NCBI GenBank assembly: GCA_046861395.1
Contig: JBHHUC010000052.1
Location: 1 to 15,932, forward strand
Length of the DNA stretch: 15,932 nt
Origin: Fidelibacterota bacterium
GTDB taxonomy: Bacteria; Fidelibacterota; Marinisomatia; Marinisomatales; JABMOV01
Direction of reading: 5' to 3'
Part shown: positions 7,376-15,932 of the stretch, one piece after another
Position numbering within the stretch: position 1 is the first letter of the stretch
Layout: each line of letters opens with the position of its first letter
The notes under the pieces: generated by a model
The model's input: the letters and a program-made list of their open reading frames with translations, nothing else
Told to the model about the DNA's origin: nothing
Databases searched by the model: none
Made by a program: the position numbers and the translations under genes

Positions 7376-9463
7376 TTACCCCATTTTGCATACCGCTTCC
7401 ACAGATTTTGTTTCGCCAAAGATTAAGAGTTGATCGGTCATGTTCAGTATAGTTGAAGCTACCGGTAATATATCCTTAAACGAAGGGCCACGTTGCCGAC
7501 GGATGATTAAAATTTCAATTCCATGTTTTTTACGAATGTGAAGATTCTTGATGCTCTGCCCCACAAATTCCGAGGGACAATTAATACGTGCCATGGTAAA
7601 GCCTGGCAAGACTTCAACCTTTTCGTAATAATATTTATGAACATATTTCATCATGGAAGCGATATGACCCGCGTTCTGGGTCTGAATCAGCATATCCTGA
7701 TATTCTTTCAGAATATCACGACGGAATACCTGCCCGGTAAGTTTCCCGTTTTGGTCCACCACCGGGATACTGGTCAGATCATTATCAATCAGAATGTGAA
7801 GAACTTCATCCACCGGTGTATTGTCGGTAATGGTGGGAAATATCTCCTTTTGGATATCCTTGACAATCGTACCTTCCGGTATTTCTACCTTGTTGGTAAG
7901 AAACCGCCGTACCATACCCAGGGTAACAAGACCGGCCAGTGTGCCATCTTCACGAAAGGTGTAAATTGTTTCGTGTGTACTCTCCGTTATTTTATCCAGC
8001 AGCACACTGATAGGTTCATTTTCGTAAATCAAATCCACCATCTGCTGTTTGAGGACTTTGACTTCCAATTGCCGCAGGACATTCGCATCTGCTCCACGGT
8101 GGATATCTATCCCACGGCGCTTCAGTTTTAAGGTATAAATGCTTCCATCCAGAATATTGGTGGTAATGACGGTAGCAATGATACTTGCCACCATTAAAGG
8201 AAGGATGACAGTATATTCCGATGTCATTTCAAAAATGATGAGAATGGCAGTAAAAGGAGCATAAGTAGTGGCAGCGACCATGGTGGCCATTCCCACCAAG
8301 GCATAGGCCCCCGAAGTGGTTGTCAGGGTCGGGAACAAAGAATGAAATACCAGTCCCATAGTTCCCCCCAGCATGGAACCGATAAACAGCGAGGGCGCAA
8401 AAACGCCACCGGAAGCCCCGGCCCCCAGTGAAATGCTGGTCGCTATAATCTTTCCGCCCAATAAAAGAATCATCAGGAGGAGTGGTAATTGTCCCGAAAG
8501 GACTTTATCCATTGTGTCATATCCCACACCCATCAATTCAGGGAGAAAGACAGCCACAAGGCCCAGCACACCGCCCCCGATTAATCCCTTCAACCATACC
8601 GGAAGCTTAAGTTCATCGAATACATCTTCGGTTTTATATAAGGTGCGTACGAAAATCATGCCGATCAATCCGGCTACGATTCCCAGGAGAATATAGAAGA
8701 ATATTTCCCAGTGTGAAACCAGGTTATACTGGGGTGGAATAAAGGCCGGAAAATCACCGTAAATACTCCGTGAAATGACCGTTCCGAAAACGGAGGATAT
8801 GATAATTGGTCCGATGGCGGCCACACTGAAATCACCCAGAATGACTTCGCTGGCAAAGATGGCGCCGGCAATGGGAGCATTAAAGGTAGCGGCAATCCCG
8901 GCCGCTGCACCACATCCGATAAAGGTATTCATTCGACGCCGCGATACCTGAAATATCTGACCAACCGTGGATCCGAAGGCGGAACCAATCTGAACAATGG
9001 GTCCTTCTCTTCCCACGGCTGCACCGGAACCGATGGAAACTGCCGAAGCAAATGCCTTGACCACGACCACCCGCATCCGAATGAATCCGTTCTGAGTGGC
9101 AACGGCATTCATTACCTCCGGAACGCCGTGCCCTTTTGCTTCTTTGGCAAAGGTATCCACAAATTGGGCCACAACTGCCACACCAATCATGGGAATCAGG
9201 ATTACAACCCATAGAGGAGCTTGGCGGATCATTTCCACCAACGATCCATTACCATCCCAGAAAGATGTCTGGAATTCCTGGATTAGCAACCGAAAGGCTG
9301 AGGCGATATAACCGGCAAATATACCAATCATAATGGCCATCATGATCACGAACAGTTGATCGAAAGCTTTGATTTTTATCAGCGATTCATTAATATAATA
9401 ATATAATCTGTTCCGCAGTTGTAAGTATTGTCGTAGTTGCTGTCGTGTTGGTTTTATCATCAT
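7376..9463 (-). CDS. ClC-family chloride channel/antiporter with a CBS pair and a C-terminal TrkA_C (RCK_C) domain
   Basis: Motifs GHGVPE, GREGP, FNAPIAGAIF..E, GGVFAP and IFEMT. CBS-like IPVVD..G.L.G; C-terminal FVGQSIKNLHIRKKHGIEILIIRR...DQLLIFG. Confidence 0.93.
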   Translation of the reverse strand: MMIKPTRQQLRQYLQLRNRLYYYINESLIKIKAFDQLFVIMMAIMIGIFAGYIASAFRLLIQEFQTSFWDGNGSLVEMIRQAPLWVVILIPMIGVAVVAQFVDTFAKEAKGHGVPEVMNAVATQNGFIRMRVVVVKAFASAVSIGSGAAVGREGPIVQIGSAFGSTVGQIFQVSRRRMNTFIGCGAAAGIAATFNAPIAGAIFASEVILGDFSVAAIGPIIISSVFGTVISRSIYGDFPAFIPPQYNLVSHWEIFFYILLGIVAGLIGMIFVRTLYKTEDVFDELKLPVWLKGLIGGGVLGLVAVFLPELMGVGYDTMDKVLSGQLPLLLMILLLGGKIIATSISLGAGASGGVFAPSLFIGSMLGGTMGLVFHSLFPTLTTTSGAYALVGMATMVAATTYAPFTAILIIFEMTSEYTVILPLMVASIIATVITTNILDGSIYTLKLKRRGIDIHRGADANVLRQLEVKVLKQQMVDLIYENEPISVLLDKITESTHETIYTFREDGTLAGLVTLGMVRRFLTNKVEIPEGTIVKDIQKEIFPTITDNTPVDEVLHILIDNDLTSIPVVDQNGKLTGQVFRRDILKEYQDMLIQTQNAGHIASMMKYVHKYYYEKVEVLPGFTMARINCPSEFVGQSIKNLHIRKKHGIEILIIRRQRGPSFKDILPVASTILNMTDQLLIFGETKSVEAVCKMG

Positions 9464-9646
9464 TGCATCGTATATGGGATTATTTTGAATCGTAAATTTA
9501 CGCCGACTTCGGTCCCAATGTCGTGAAGCAAAATGATTATATTCTCATTTTCTTGGGACAGGTTCTGAGCCGGTTGTGCGCTCTGTCACAGACAATTCCC
9601 TTGGTTTTAGCTGTATATTTCGGACAACGAATACGGAAAAGGATCC

Positions 9647-9928
9647 ATGGACGAACTGTTTAATGACCCAGAGTTCATCGCGCTGATAAAACAGTACATT
9701 TCCTATCTAAAAGAAACAATCCCAACGATTAAAGACCAGTTGGCCGACCGGGACTTCTTTCCGGTACAAAAATTTGGTCATAATATCAAAGGGAGTGGCG
9801 GTGGTTATGGTTATATGGAACTATCCACCATGGGAAAAAACTTGGAAGAAGCGGCAAAAAAAGAAGATGCGGCAGCCTGTGACAGATATCTGGCCGAAAT
9901 CGATGGATTCATCAATAACCTGAATTAA
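9647..9928 (+). CDS. Stand-alone Hpt (histidine phosphotransfer) protein
   Basis: HNIKGSGGGYG motif followed by L...G..LE.AAK; 93 aa. Confidence 0.9.
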   Translation: MDELFNDPEFIALIKQYISYLKETIPTIKDQLADRDFFPVQKFGHNIKGSGGGYGYMELSTMGKNLEEAAKKEDAAACDRYLAEIDGFINNLN

Positions 9929-10287
9929 ACCAGATTTTTCACCAAGTCATTGAGGTCCTGAAAACTGAGGGGCTTTTTCAAACATGCGTCAAAGCCTGCT
10001 TTAATATAGGTTTTACTGGATTCATCGTCAACGTGAGCTGAGACGGCAACCTTATAAATTTCCTTTGTTCGATCGTCTTTATTTAATATTTCAACCAAAT
10101 CGAGTCCGGACATGACCTCTTCCAGAGATATATCAATCAGCATGATGTCGGGATGATGCTCTTTTAGATATTCGATGGCATCGTACCCTGACGAGGCGGA
10201 ATCATATTTAAAACCCAATCGCGATAACATGATTCCCAGATAGTTCACCATGGCAACATCATCATCCACAATCAATACTTTACTCAT
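9925..10287 (-). CDS. Single-domain response regulator (receiver)
   Basis: VLIVDDD, PDIMLID (phospho-Asp), SAH and KKP. ATG10287 is preceded by GGAGGT and preferred over 10299. Confidence 0.9.
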   Translation of the reverse strand: MSKVLIVDDDVAMVNYLGIMLSRLGFKYDSASSGYDAIEYLKEHHPDIMLIDISLEEVMSGLDLVEILNKDDRTKEIYKVAVSAHVDDESSKTYIKAGFDACLKKPLSFQDLNDLVKNLV

Positions 10288-12328
10288 TCTTACCTCCATT
10301 TTTCTTTTTCCTCACCGGAAATGTCACGGTAAAGGTACTTCCCCGCTGCACTCTGCTATTAACGGTAATGGTCCCATGCATGGCACTGACCAATCTTTCA
10401 CATAGGGCCAAACCAATGCCGGCGCCTTCATAGCTGCGATTCAGTCCTTCATCCTGCTGACGGAATAAAGCAAATAAATATGGTAAAAAATCATCTTTTA
10501 TCCCGATACCCGTATCTTTTACCCGGATGATTATGGAAGAGTTCTCTGCTCGGGAATCAACCCTGATAGCCCCTTTTTTGGTAAACTTGATGGCATTGTC
10601 AATGATATAGGAAAACACTTGGCCGATCCGCCCCGAATCACCTTGAATAAAAACATCTTCGGCCTGGAGATTCGCTTCAAGTTCCAGGCCCTTTTCGGCA
10701 GCCAATTGATGAAATTTCGGTAGTAAATCGTGGATGATCGCATCACACGGTACTGGCTCCGATTCCAGCTCAAGCTGTCCCGATTCGATCAGTGATATAT
10801 CGATGATATCATTGATCAGACGATTCAATCTCTTCCCGTTTTCAGTGATGCCTTCAAAAAACCGTAATGTTTCGTCGGAGGGGTCAATTTTCAATTCTGA
10901 TTTCAGGATTTCCAGGTAGCCCAGAATGATATTTAAGGGGGTGCGGACTTCATGAGAAATGGTACGCAGGAAAGAATCCTTTAACCGTTCGCTTGACACG
11001 GCCTGGTCCTTGGCTTTGAGTAATTCCTTTTCCGTTTGTTTCAAGGCCGTAATATCCGTGGCATAATAATGAAACAGACCTAATTTTTCTATTTTATGTC
11101 CCACCCAGAGAATGGAACGGTCACCCAGATCCATTTCATGATCGGGAATTTTCTTATCCAGGGAAAAGGACTTTTTGATGTCATTGATATATGTGTTGGG
11201 CAATATTTCCCTTATATCATTATAGCCTAAAGATGACACCAGATTTTCTGCAGCCCGGTTATAAAAAGTAACCACTCCCTTGGCATTCAATTCGACGACA
11301 GGAGAAGGATTTTCCTGAGGAAATATGGCCAGTCGATCCACTTCCTGACGCGACTCAATGAGTTCATTCCAATCCTTCACACGTTGCAGACCAAAATGCA
11401 GAGCATCAGAAAAAATCTGACAGAGATCGGCACCCAACCAGTGATCAGGAATTGAGGTAATTAAAAAACCCCATTGAAAATCCTGGATGGTGAAGGGAAT
11501 GACCCAGGCTTCACTGAATTTATCTGCTTTTGTCGACAAAATGTTATGTTCCGCCAGGATATCCTCCAGCGGTGCCGCCAGCCGTCCGACATCAGTCCCG
11601 GTGTGTAATTCTCTGATCCGATCGAAATCCAGCCCCGACAAATCTCGGTTCCGGCATTTGATCCGATTCAATCCTTCCCGGCGGGCAAATATGGTATGGA
11701 CGCTGTTTGGTTCAAATAAATCCGGAATAATGAACTCCATCCAGTCCACCTGACTGTGGTGTATAAACTGTTCAATCAGATGAGTATAATATTCGAATAT
11801 ATTGAATGTATCGCTTAAATATTCTTCCGGAATTTTTATGGCTTCCGTGCGTAAAATCTTTTCCAGCCGGGCAATTTCCTTCAAATGTTCCACTTCTTTT
11901 TGCTGGGTCAGATCCGTAATCACCAGTTGGTAGAATTTATGTGTTCTTGAATCGACGAAACCGGCCATGGATATTTCCACCGGTATATCCCGGTGATGAG
12001 ACACTTTCAGGGCCGATTCCAATGCTGTTATATGCCCCGAACTCAACATTGATTTGAATTGTTTCCGGAAAGCGGATCTCACATTATCCGCTATGAATTC
12101 CTGAATCATGATTTGATTCATATTGCCCGGACGTTGTGTCAACTGCTGAAAGCGCTGATTCCATTTCTGAATGCGTCCATCGGAATCAACAATGATCACA
12201 GCTACCGGCAAATTGTGGAACAATATTTCATACATGGATTCCACATCAGCCAGCTTTGACTTCGATTTTGCCGAATCTTCGATAACATTCAGAAGTGCCA
12301 GACGTTCTTCTTTGGAGGGCTTAAACAT
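10280..12328 (-). CDS. Cytoplasmic PAS-domain sensor histidine kinase (PAS, GAF-like?, PAS, HisKA, HATPase)
   Basis: Two PAS starts (LPVAVIIVDSDG..WN and NPSPVVELNAKG..YN), H box SHEVRTPLN, N box DNAIKF, G1 DTGIGI and G2 GAGIGL. No TM segment. Confidence 0.93.
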   Translation of the reverse strand: MFKPSKEERLALLNVIEDSAKSKSKLADVESMYEILFHNLPVAVIIVDSDGRIQKWNQRFQQLTQRPGNMNQIMIQEFIADNVRSAFRKQFKSMLSSGHITALESALKVSHHRDIPVEISMAGFVDSRTHKFYQLVITDLTQQKEVEHLKEIARLEKILRTEAIKIPEEYLSDTFNIFEYYTHLIEQFIHHSQVDWMEFIIPDLFEPNSVHTIFARREGLNRIKCRNRDLSGLDFDRIRELHTGTDVGRLAAPLEDILAEHNILSTKADKFSEAWVIPFTIQDFQWGFLITSIPDHWLGADLCQIFSDALHFGLQRVKDWNELIESRQEVDRLAIFPQENPSPVVELNAKGVVTFYNRAAENLVSSLGYNDIREILPNTYINDIKKSFSLDKKIPDHEMDLGDRSILWVGHKIEKLGLFHYYATDITALKQTEKELLKAKDQAVSSERLKDSFLRTISHEVRTPLNIILGYLEILKSELKIDPSDETLRFFEGITENGKRLNRLINDIIDISLIESGQLELESEPVPCDAIIHDLLPKFHQLAAEKGLELEANLQAEDVFIQGDSGRIGQVFSYIIDNAIKFTKKGAIRVDSRAENSSIIIRVKDTGIGIKDDFLPYLFALFRQQDEGLNRSYEGAGIGLALCERLVSAMHGTITVNSRVQRGSTFTVTFPVRKKKNGGKNE

Positions 12329-12381
12329 CGTAATTAAATCCCATCAATTTCCTACGAAATGACCGGGGCGCAGTTTCCATG

Positions 12382-12780
12382 TTATAAATCAGAAAGATAT
12401 TGCTTTAATAATTCCTGTAGTTGGGGCAAATCATAGGGTTTGGACAAATAGTCGGTAAATCCCCGGTTAAGCAGCTTTTTATGCATTCCACCCCCGTAAT
12501 AGGCCGTTACAGCGATAATGGGAATGTTTTTATATTCTTCTTCCTGTCGTACAATTTCCATCAAATGAAGCCCGGACATTCCCTCCCCAAGATTAATATC
12601 AAACAATCCGCATTTGAACCGGTATAATTTCATGATGTCAATCGCTTCCTCACCACTGGCAGCTGCAACGGTGCTGATATTCAGCTTTTTCAATATAAAT
12701 AATAAATAATTCATATTAGCGGGATTATCTTCTACAGCCAGGACTGTCACCAATTTTTTTTCGTCGGGAATTGCGGGCAT
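12382..12780 (-). CDS. Single-domain response regulator (receiver)
   Basis: VLAVEDN, LFDINL, IPIIAVTA and YLSKP. Confidence 0.92.
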   Translation of the reverse strand: MPAIPDEKKLVTVLAVEDNPANMNYLLFILKKLNISTVAAASGEEAIDIMKLYRFKCGLFDINLGEGMSGLHLMEIVRQEEEYKNIPIIAVTAYYGGGMHKKLLNRGFTDYLSKPYDLPQLQELLKQYLSDL

Positions 12781-13003
12781 GCCTTATTCTTTCAATTATA
12801 GGATCTGAACTTACTAACTATGAAATTCAGTGCAACCAAGAAATTCAGGTTTGAATGTTACTTTACTATGAACAAAATTTCAATACCTGTTTTATTGTAT
12901 TCCTTCAGCGAGAATTTGACCCCAGGAAAATCCATTTGCGGCAATATTACTGTTTGTGCCTACCGCATCATTCATGATTAATGGTAATTTATACAGAGTG
13001 CGG

Positions 13004-13062
13004 AAATAAAAAACCCGGGTTGGATCTTCCCCTCAAACATTGTTCAGTTTATCCAACCCGGG
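13004..13062 (-). terminator. Rho-independent terminator-like hairpin with a large loop
   Basis: Perfect 12-bp inverted repeat CCCGGGTTGGAT(13014-13025)/ATCCAACCCGGG(13051-13062) with a 25-nt loop, followed on the minus strand by TTTTTTATTT. Confidence 0.7.
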
Positions 13063-13089
13063 ATGCTTAACCAAGGTTGTCTAAATGAT

Positions 13090-13105
13090 TACAAGGATTG
13101 TGCCA
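13090..13105 (-). promoter_or_regulatory. Sigma54-like -24/-12 promoter
   Basis: The minus strand reads TGGCAC-AATCC-TTGTA versus consensus TGGCAC-N5-TTGC(A/T). Spacing is exact, with one mismatch at -12. Confidence 0.5.
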
Positions 13106-13206
13106 GGAATATATATTATTGGTATATTATATTATTATTGAACTTATGTATTCGTTGGCGGTGTTGTGATCCCAGGCGGATTGTTACACTTCGTTACGCT
13201 GTAATA

Positions 13207-13413
13207 TTAATATACAAAATAGAGAAATATCAGGACTATACCCACTGCCAGGGAGATTGTGCCGAAGAAAACACGCTTGGCAAGAATCAGAGCGTCGGTA
13301 TAATAAAATTGACTCAGGAATTTTCCCATCTTATCCAGTATTTGCGGTGCCACCAGCGTCATAACGCCGGCCGTTGTCGCGATCACTCCTATAAAGACTA
13401 AGAACATTTCCAT
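13207..13413 (-). CDS. Small two-TM membrane protein (paralog of 14005..14217)
   Basis: Two hydrophobic helices, tight operon spacing and ungapped similarity to the upstream microprotein. Confidence 0.75.
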   Translation of the reverse strand: MEMFLVFIGVIATTAGVMTLVAPQILDKMGKFLSQFYYTDALILAKRVFFGTISLAVGIVLIFLYFVY

Positions 13414-13424
13414 AAATACTTCCC

Positions 13425-14012
13425 CTACTTGTTTAAATCATCGATGTCTACAATAAATGTTTCTTTACGTGTCCAGTCCAGAATTTCCACCCGATTTTTA
13501 TGGATGCTCAATACCCGTGCATAACGAAAACGGGCGAGGTCCCGATTGAAGTATTTTACAATTTCGCCCACCCTGACCCGTTCGCGATTCTGGACGATGA
13601 CGCCGGGGGGCAGCAGATCCAGATCGATTACATAGGGTATATCTGCAATTTGTTCATAATACAGGCTCAGGGCCCGTAACATCATGTTCATGGTTTCTGG
13701 TCCGATTTTTCCATCGACGTGTATTTTATGATCGCGCTGGAATTTCTTCACCATTTGCACATCGGCTGGTTGCCAAAGAGGATCCTCGGCGTTCATGCTG
13801 TAGCCTAATTCCTTCAACAGTATTTTGAACAACATCCGTTCTTCCGGCAGGTATTGTTCATGCCAGAGAATACTTTGCAGGGCATCGTCGGGTAGATTCG
13901 GTATTCCCGCCACATGAGCCGGAATGTTTGTTTCTTCAATATTGTTTGCCTGGCCCGTCAGTCCGGCAAATAAAGAAACAAGGATCAAAAGATAAATGAG
14001 GATGCTAGACAT
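13425..14012 (-). CDS. Exported protein with a PG_binding_1-type peptidoglycan-binding domain
   Basis: Signal peptide; L.ELGY...VKKFQRDHKIHVDGKIGPETM; beta-rich SH3-like C-terminus. Confidence 0.8.
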   Translation of the reverse strand: MSSILIYLLILVSLFAGLTGQANNIEETNIPAHVAGIPNLPDDALQSILWHEQYLPEERMLFKILLKELGYSMNAEDPLWQPADVQMVKKFQRDHKIHVDGKIGPETMNMMLRALSLYYEQIADIPYVIDLDLLPPGVIVQNRERVRVGEIVKYFNRDLARFRYARVLSIHKNRVEILDWTRKETFIVDIDDLNK

Positions 14013-14217
14013 TGAATAGATGGGACTGATATAATAAAAATATACCGCACATCGTCAGAACAATACCAATGAAATACCGACCCCAGGGCTGGTCCTGGTT
14101 CATATTCAACGACTGGTTTGAGTATTCGCTCAGTTTTATTAATAATTTCGGGAAAAACAGTAACAGAATTCCGAAAACGCTTGCGATTTGTCCTAGAATC
14201 AATAAATAGACTTTCAT
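14005..14217 (-). CDS. Small two-TM membrane protein (paralog of 13207..13413)
   Basis: Two hydrophobic helices, AGGA upstream, and an 8-nt overlap with the next gene. Confidence 0.75.
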   Translation of the reverse strand: MKVYLLILGQIASVFGILLLFFPKLLIKLSEYSNQSLNMNQDQPWGRYFIGIVLTMCGIFLLYQSHLFNV

Positions 14218-14229
14218 ACCGACTAATCC

Positions 14230-15624
14230 TTAATATTCATTTAAGGTTGACGCCACAACTTCATAATGAAAACCGGCAAAATAATAGAACGGCACTTCAT
14301 GATGAAGATTCAAATAGCCGGTGGGGAATTTGTTCCCCGGATTATCCACATGATGAACATAAAGGGCCCCTTCAAAAGAGGAATTATTGTTGTTAAATAC
14401 GAACGTATTGGCAGAATAAATCACGCCATGAGCTGACCCATCCAGTTTGATATAGGAAGGACTGATAATCTGCCCCCAGACATCGGCTCCGGAATTGATG
14501 GTAATCTGGTCATTGGAGTAAATGAGATTCACCGTGCTGGGCCAACTGGCAGGATTGAGGGATGAATAGTCGTTTCCATACTGCCCGTCATTTTTAATCA
14601 CGATATCACTATCGCCAATCAGGATGATGTTATCACCTACCACGGTAGGTGAAAAGCCCAACGATTCCAGTGACACTTTACCGGTTACAACCAGAAAACC
14701 AGGTTGAACGAAAGATCCACCCGAAACCGTAACCCCTTTCAGGGTCAATTTCCCTTTTACGTACAACGTGCTGTTGTCATATTGCGATAAATCCAGAGTC
14801 CCTCCGGATATGGTCCAGTCACCTTTATGTTTATTACCCCCGGTCTGCTGGATGGCATAGGCTACATTCAGACGGGTGGTATACGGTGTGATATCCAGTT
14901 GCGGAATAACCCGTGGTGTCGTGGCCTGCCAGCTGAAGTACTGGTCAAAGGAACCTGATACCGTGTAACCGGCAGGGACATACAGTAAGGTCGGTACTCC
15001 CGGTGGGTCCCCCATACTGGCATTATTTTTCACCGATACATTTCCGCCAATGTAGAGGTTATAATTCATCTTGAAATTATTTTGAATATCAAATGTATTG
15101 GACATGCCACCATCATCACCGTGATCATCACCGTGATCGTCGCCATGGTCGTCTCCGTCATCGTCGCCATGATCATCCCCATCGCCGGATGAAGCACTCA
15201 ATGTTTGTACTACACTCAAACCAGGCCAGAAATTCTGTTCCGCCTGGGAATCGAATAACACTTCCAAACGCTTTTTGGTATTCCCGTGTGTTCCGATGGA
15301 AATCAAACGAACGTAGCCATCCGGCAAAGCACTGCCATCATCATAGGTATTGCTGGTAAACAAGGTAACATTGCCGTTGAAAAAGGAGTAGGTCCCGGTA
15401 ATATTTTCAAAATCGTCGGCATTTTCAATGGCATATTCTATTCCCGATAAAGCGGCCCAGTAAGATTGGCTGCCGGAATAGGTATTCGCCGCAATATTGA
15501 TTGTTGTGGATTGGGATTTACTCAGATATATAATGGCCACAGCCAGAACAATGGCCACCACAAAGGCAATGGATGCAAAAATATATCCGTCTTCCCTCTT
15601 CTGTTTCAGCAAATATTTTTTCAT
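14230..15624 (-). CDS. PilX-like minor pilin with a large beta-rich C-terminal domain
   Basis: Basic leader ending KREDG|YIFAS, then a hydrophobic helix lacking Glu5, SYWAALSGIEYA and ISIG..G..KKRLEV. The C-terminus is beta-solenoid-like. Confidence 0.75.
   Translation of the reverse strand: MKKYLLKQKREDGYIFASIAFVVAIVLAVAIIYLSKSQSTTINIAANTYSGSQSYWAALSGIEYAIENADDFENITGTYSFFNGNVTLFTSNTYDDGSALPDGYVRLISIGTHGNTKKRLEVLFDSQAEQNFWPGLSVVQTLSASSGDGDDHGDDDGDDHGDDHGDDHGDDGGMSNTFDIQNNFKMNYNLYIGGNVSVKNNASMGDPPGVPTLLYVPAGYTVSGSFDQYFSWQATTPRVIPQLDITPYTTRLNVAYAIQQTGGNKHKGDWTISGGTLDLSQYDNSTLYVKGKLTLKGVTVSGGSFVQPGFLVVTGKVSLESLGFSPTVVGDNIILIGDSDIVIKNDGQYGNDYSSLNPASWPSTVNLIYSNDQITINSGADVWGQIISPSYIKLDGSAHGVIYSANTFVFNNNNSSFEGALYVHHVDNPGNKFPTGYLNLHHEVPFYYFAGFHYEVVASTLNEY
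15109..15180 (-). repeat. Coding tandem repeat (GDDx)6
   Basis: GDDH GDDD GDDH GDDH GDDH GDDG, with a 12-nt period and varied synonymous codons. Confidence 0.9.
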
Positions 15625-15627
15625 GAT

Positions 15628-15932
15628 CTATTTTGCCGCCACATGGTTGATATGAAAATTTTTCACAAATACTGGTGTATCGAATATCATCGATTCAGAC
15701 AAATAATCCAGTTGTAAAGTCAGTTTGACTGTCCAAATTTCCTGACGATTGGTACTCGACAATGGCAACGGACTCAGCACATTGTCATTCCGGTCGTAAT
15801 AGGAAAACTGACTGTTATTGATATTCACATTGCCGGCCAGCACACTGGCATTCCCCAAACCCGTAATTGAACGGTATAAATAGGAATTGGCAAGTTGATA
15901 TTCAACGGTTTGGTTGTTGGCCGTCTTGAATC
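15628..15932 (-). CDS. C-terminal part of a probable PilW/PulJ-like minor pilin (5' end outside window)
   Basis: The frame is open to the window edge: FKTANNQTVEYQLANSYLYRSITGLGNASVLAGNV...FSYYD...VKLTLQL. It lies directly upstream of the PilX-like gene. Confidence 0.65.
   Translation of the reverse strand, partial: FKTANNQTVEYQLANSYLYRSITGLGNASVLAGNVNINNSQFSYYDRNDNVLSPLPLSSTNRQEIWTVKLTLQLDYLSESMIFDTPVFVKNFHINHVAAK

Noticed and set aside
9464..9646. Fluoride riboswitch / fluoride-exporter ClC
   Set aside because: No GGCGAUG-like riboswitch core is seen upstream, and the protein has GHGVPE/GREGP rather than CLC-F signatures.
698..12627. Many short plus-strand and alternate-frame ORFs (e.g. 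698..1015, 3267..3743, 5471..5908, 7523..8131)
   Set aside because: They are shadows of well-supported genes and have no recognisable motifs.
12822..12848. GAAATTCAG direct repeat upstream of the receiver gene
   Set aside because: Only two AT-rich 9-mers at 18-nt spacing, overlapping a plausible sigma70 promoter; too weak to call.
13063..13401. 112-aa plus-strand ORF
   Set aside because: It overlaps a better-supported minus-strand gene and an AT-rich regulatory tract, and its composition is implausible.
15093..15359. His/Arg-rich plus-strand ORF, or a CRISPR-like repeat
   Set aside because: It is the antisense reading of the (GDDx)6 coding repeat, and there is no repeat-spacer structure.

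Overview
Bacterial genomic DNA using genetic code 11. Gene style (DUF3098-like gene, CarboxypepD-type TonB receptor with a lipoprotein partner, Asp-rich DxNxNG inserts) suggests an FCB-group organism, possibly Marinimicrobia-like; this is inference only. From left to right on +: a small membrane protein, a degenerate tRNA copy interrupted by palindromes, tRNA-Asp(GTC) and a terminator. Next come a multi-cluster Fe-S protein (-) whose frame is broken by an in-frame TAG and a mono-heme cytochrome c (+). A long minus-strand run follows in transcription order: ClC-CBS-TrkA_C transporter, NDUFA9-like NAD(P)-binding protein, TonB-dependent receptor, lipoprotein and an exported BCP/PrxQ peroxiredoxin. 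The peroxiredoxin has UGA at its peroxidatic position followed by a SECIS-like hairpin, so it is a probable selenoprotein that the ORF track splits in two. Then come a phosphorelay module (receiver, PAS histidine kinase, receiver, plus a convergent Hpt) and an intergenic region with a sigma54-like promoter and a nearby terminator (candidate sRNA). The window ends in the tail of a minor-pilin operon: PilW/PulJ-like, PilX-like with a (GDDH) tract, and two paralogous 2-TM microproteins flanking a peptidoglycan-binding protein. No CRISPR, transposase or integrase was seen.
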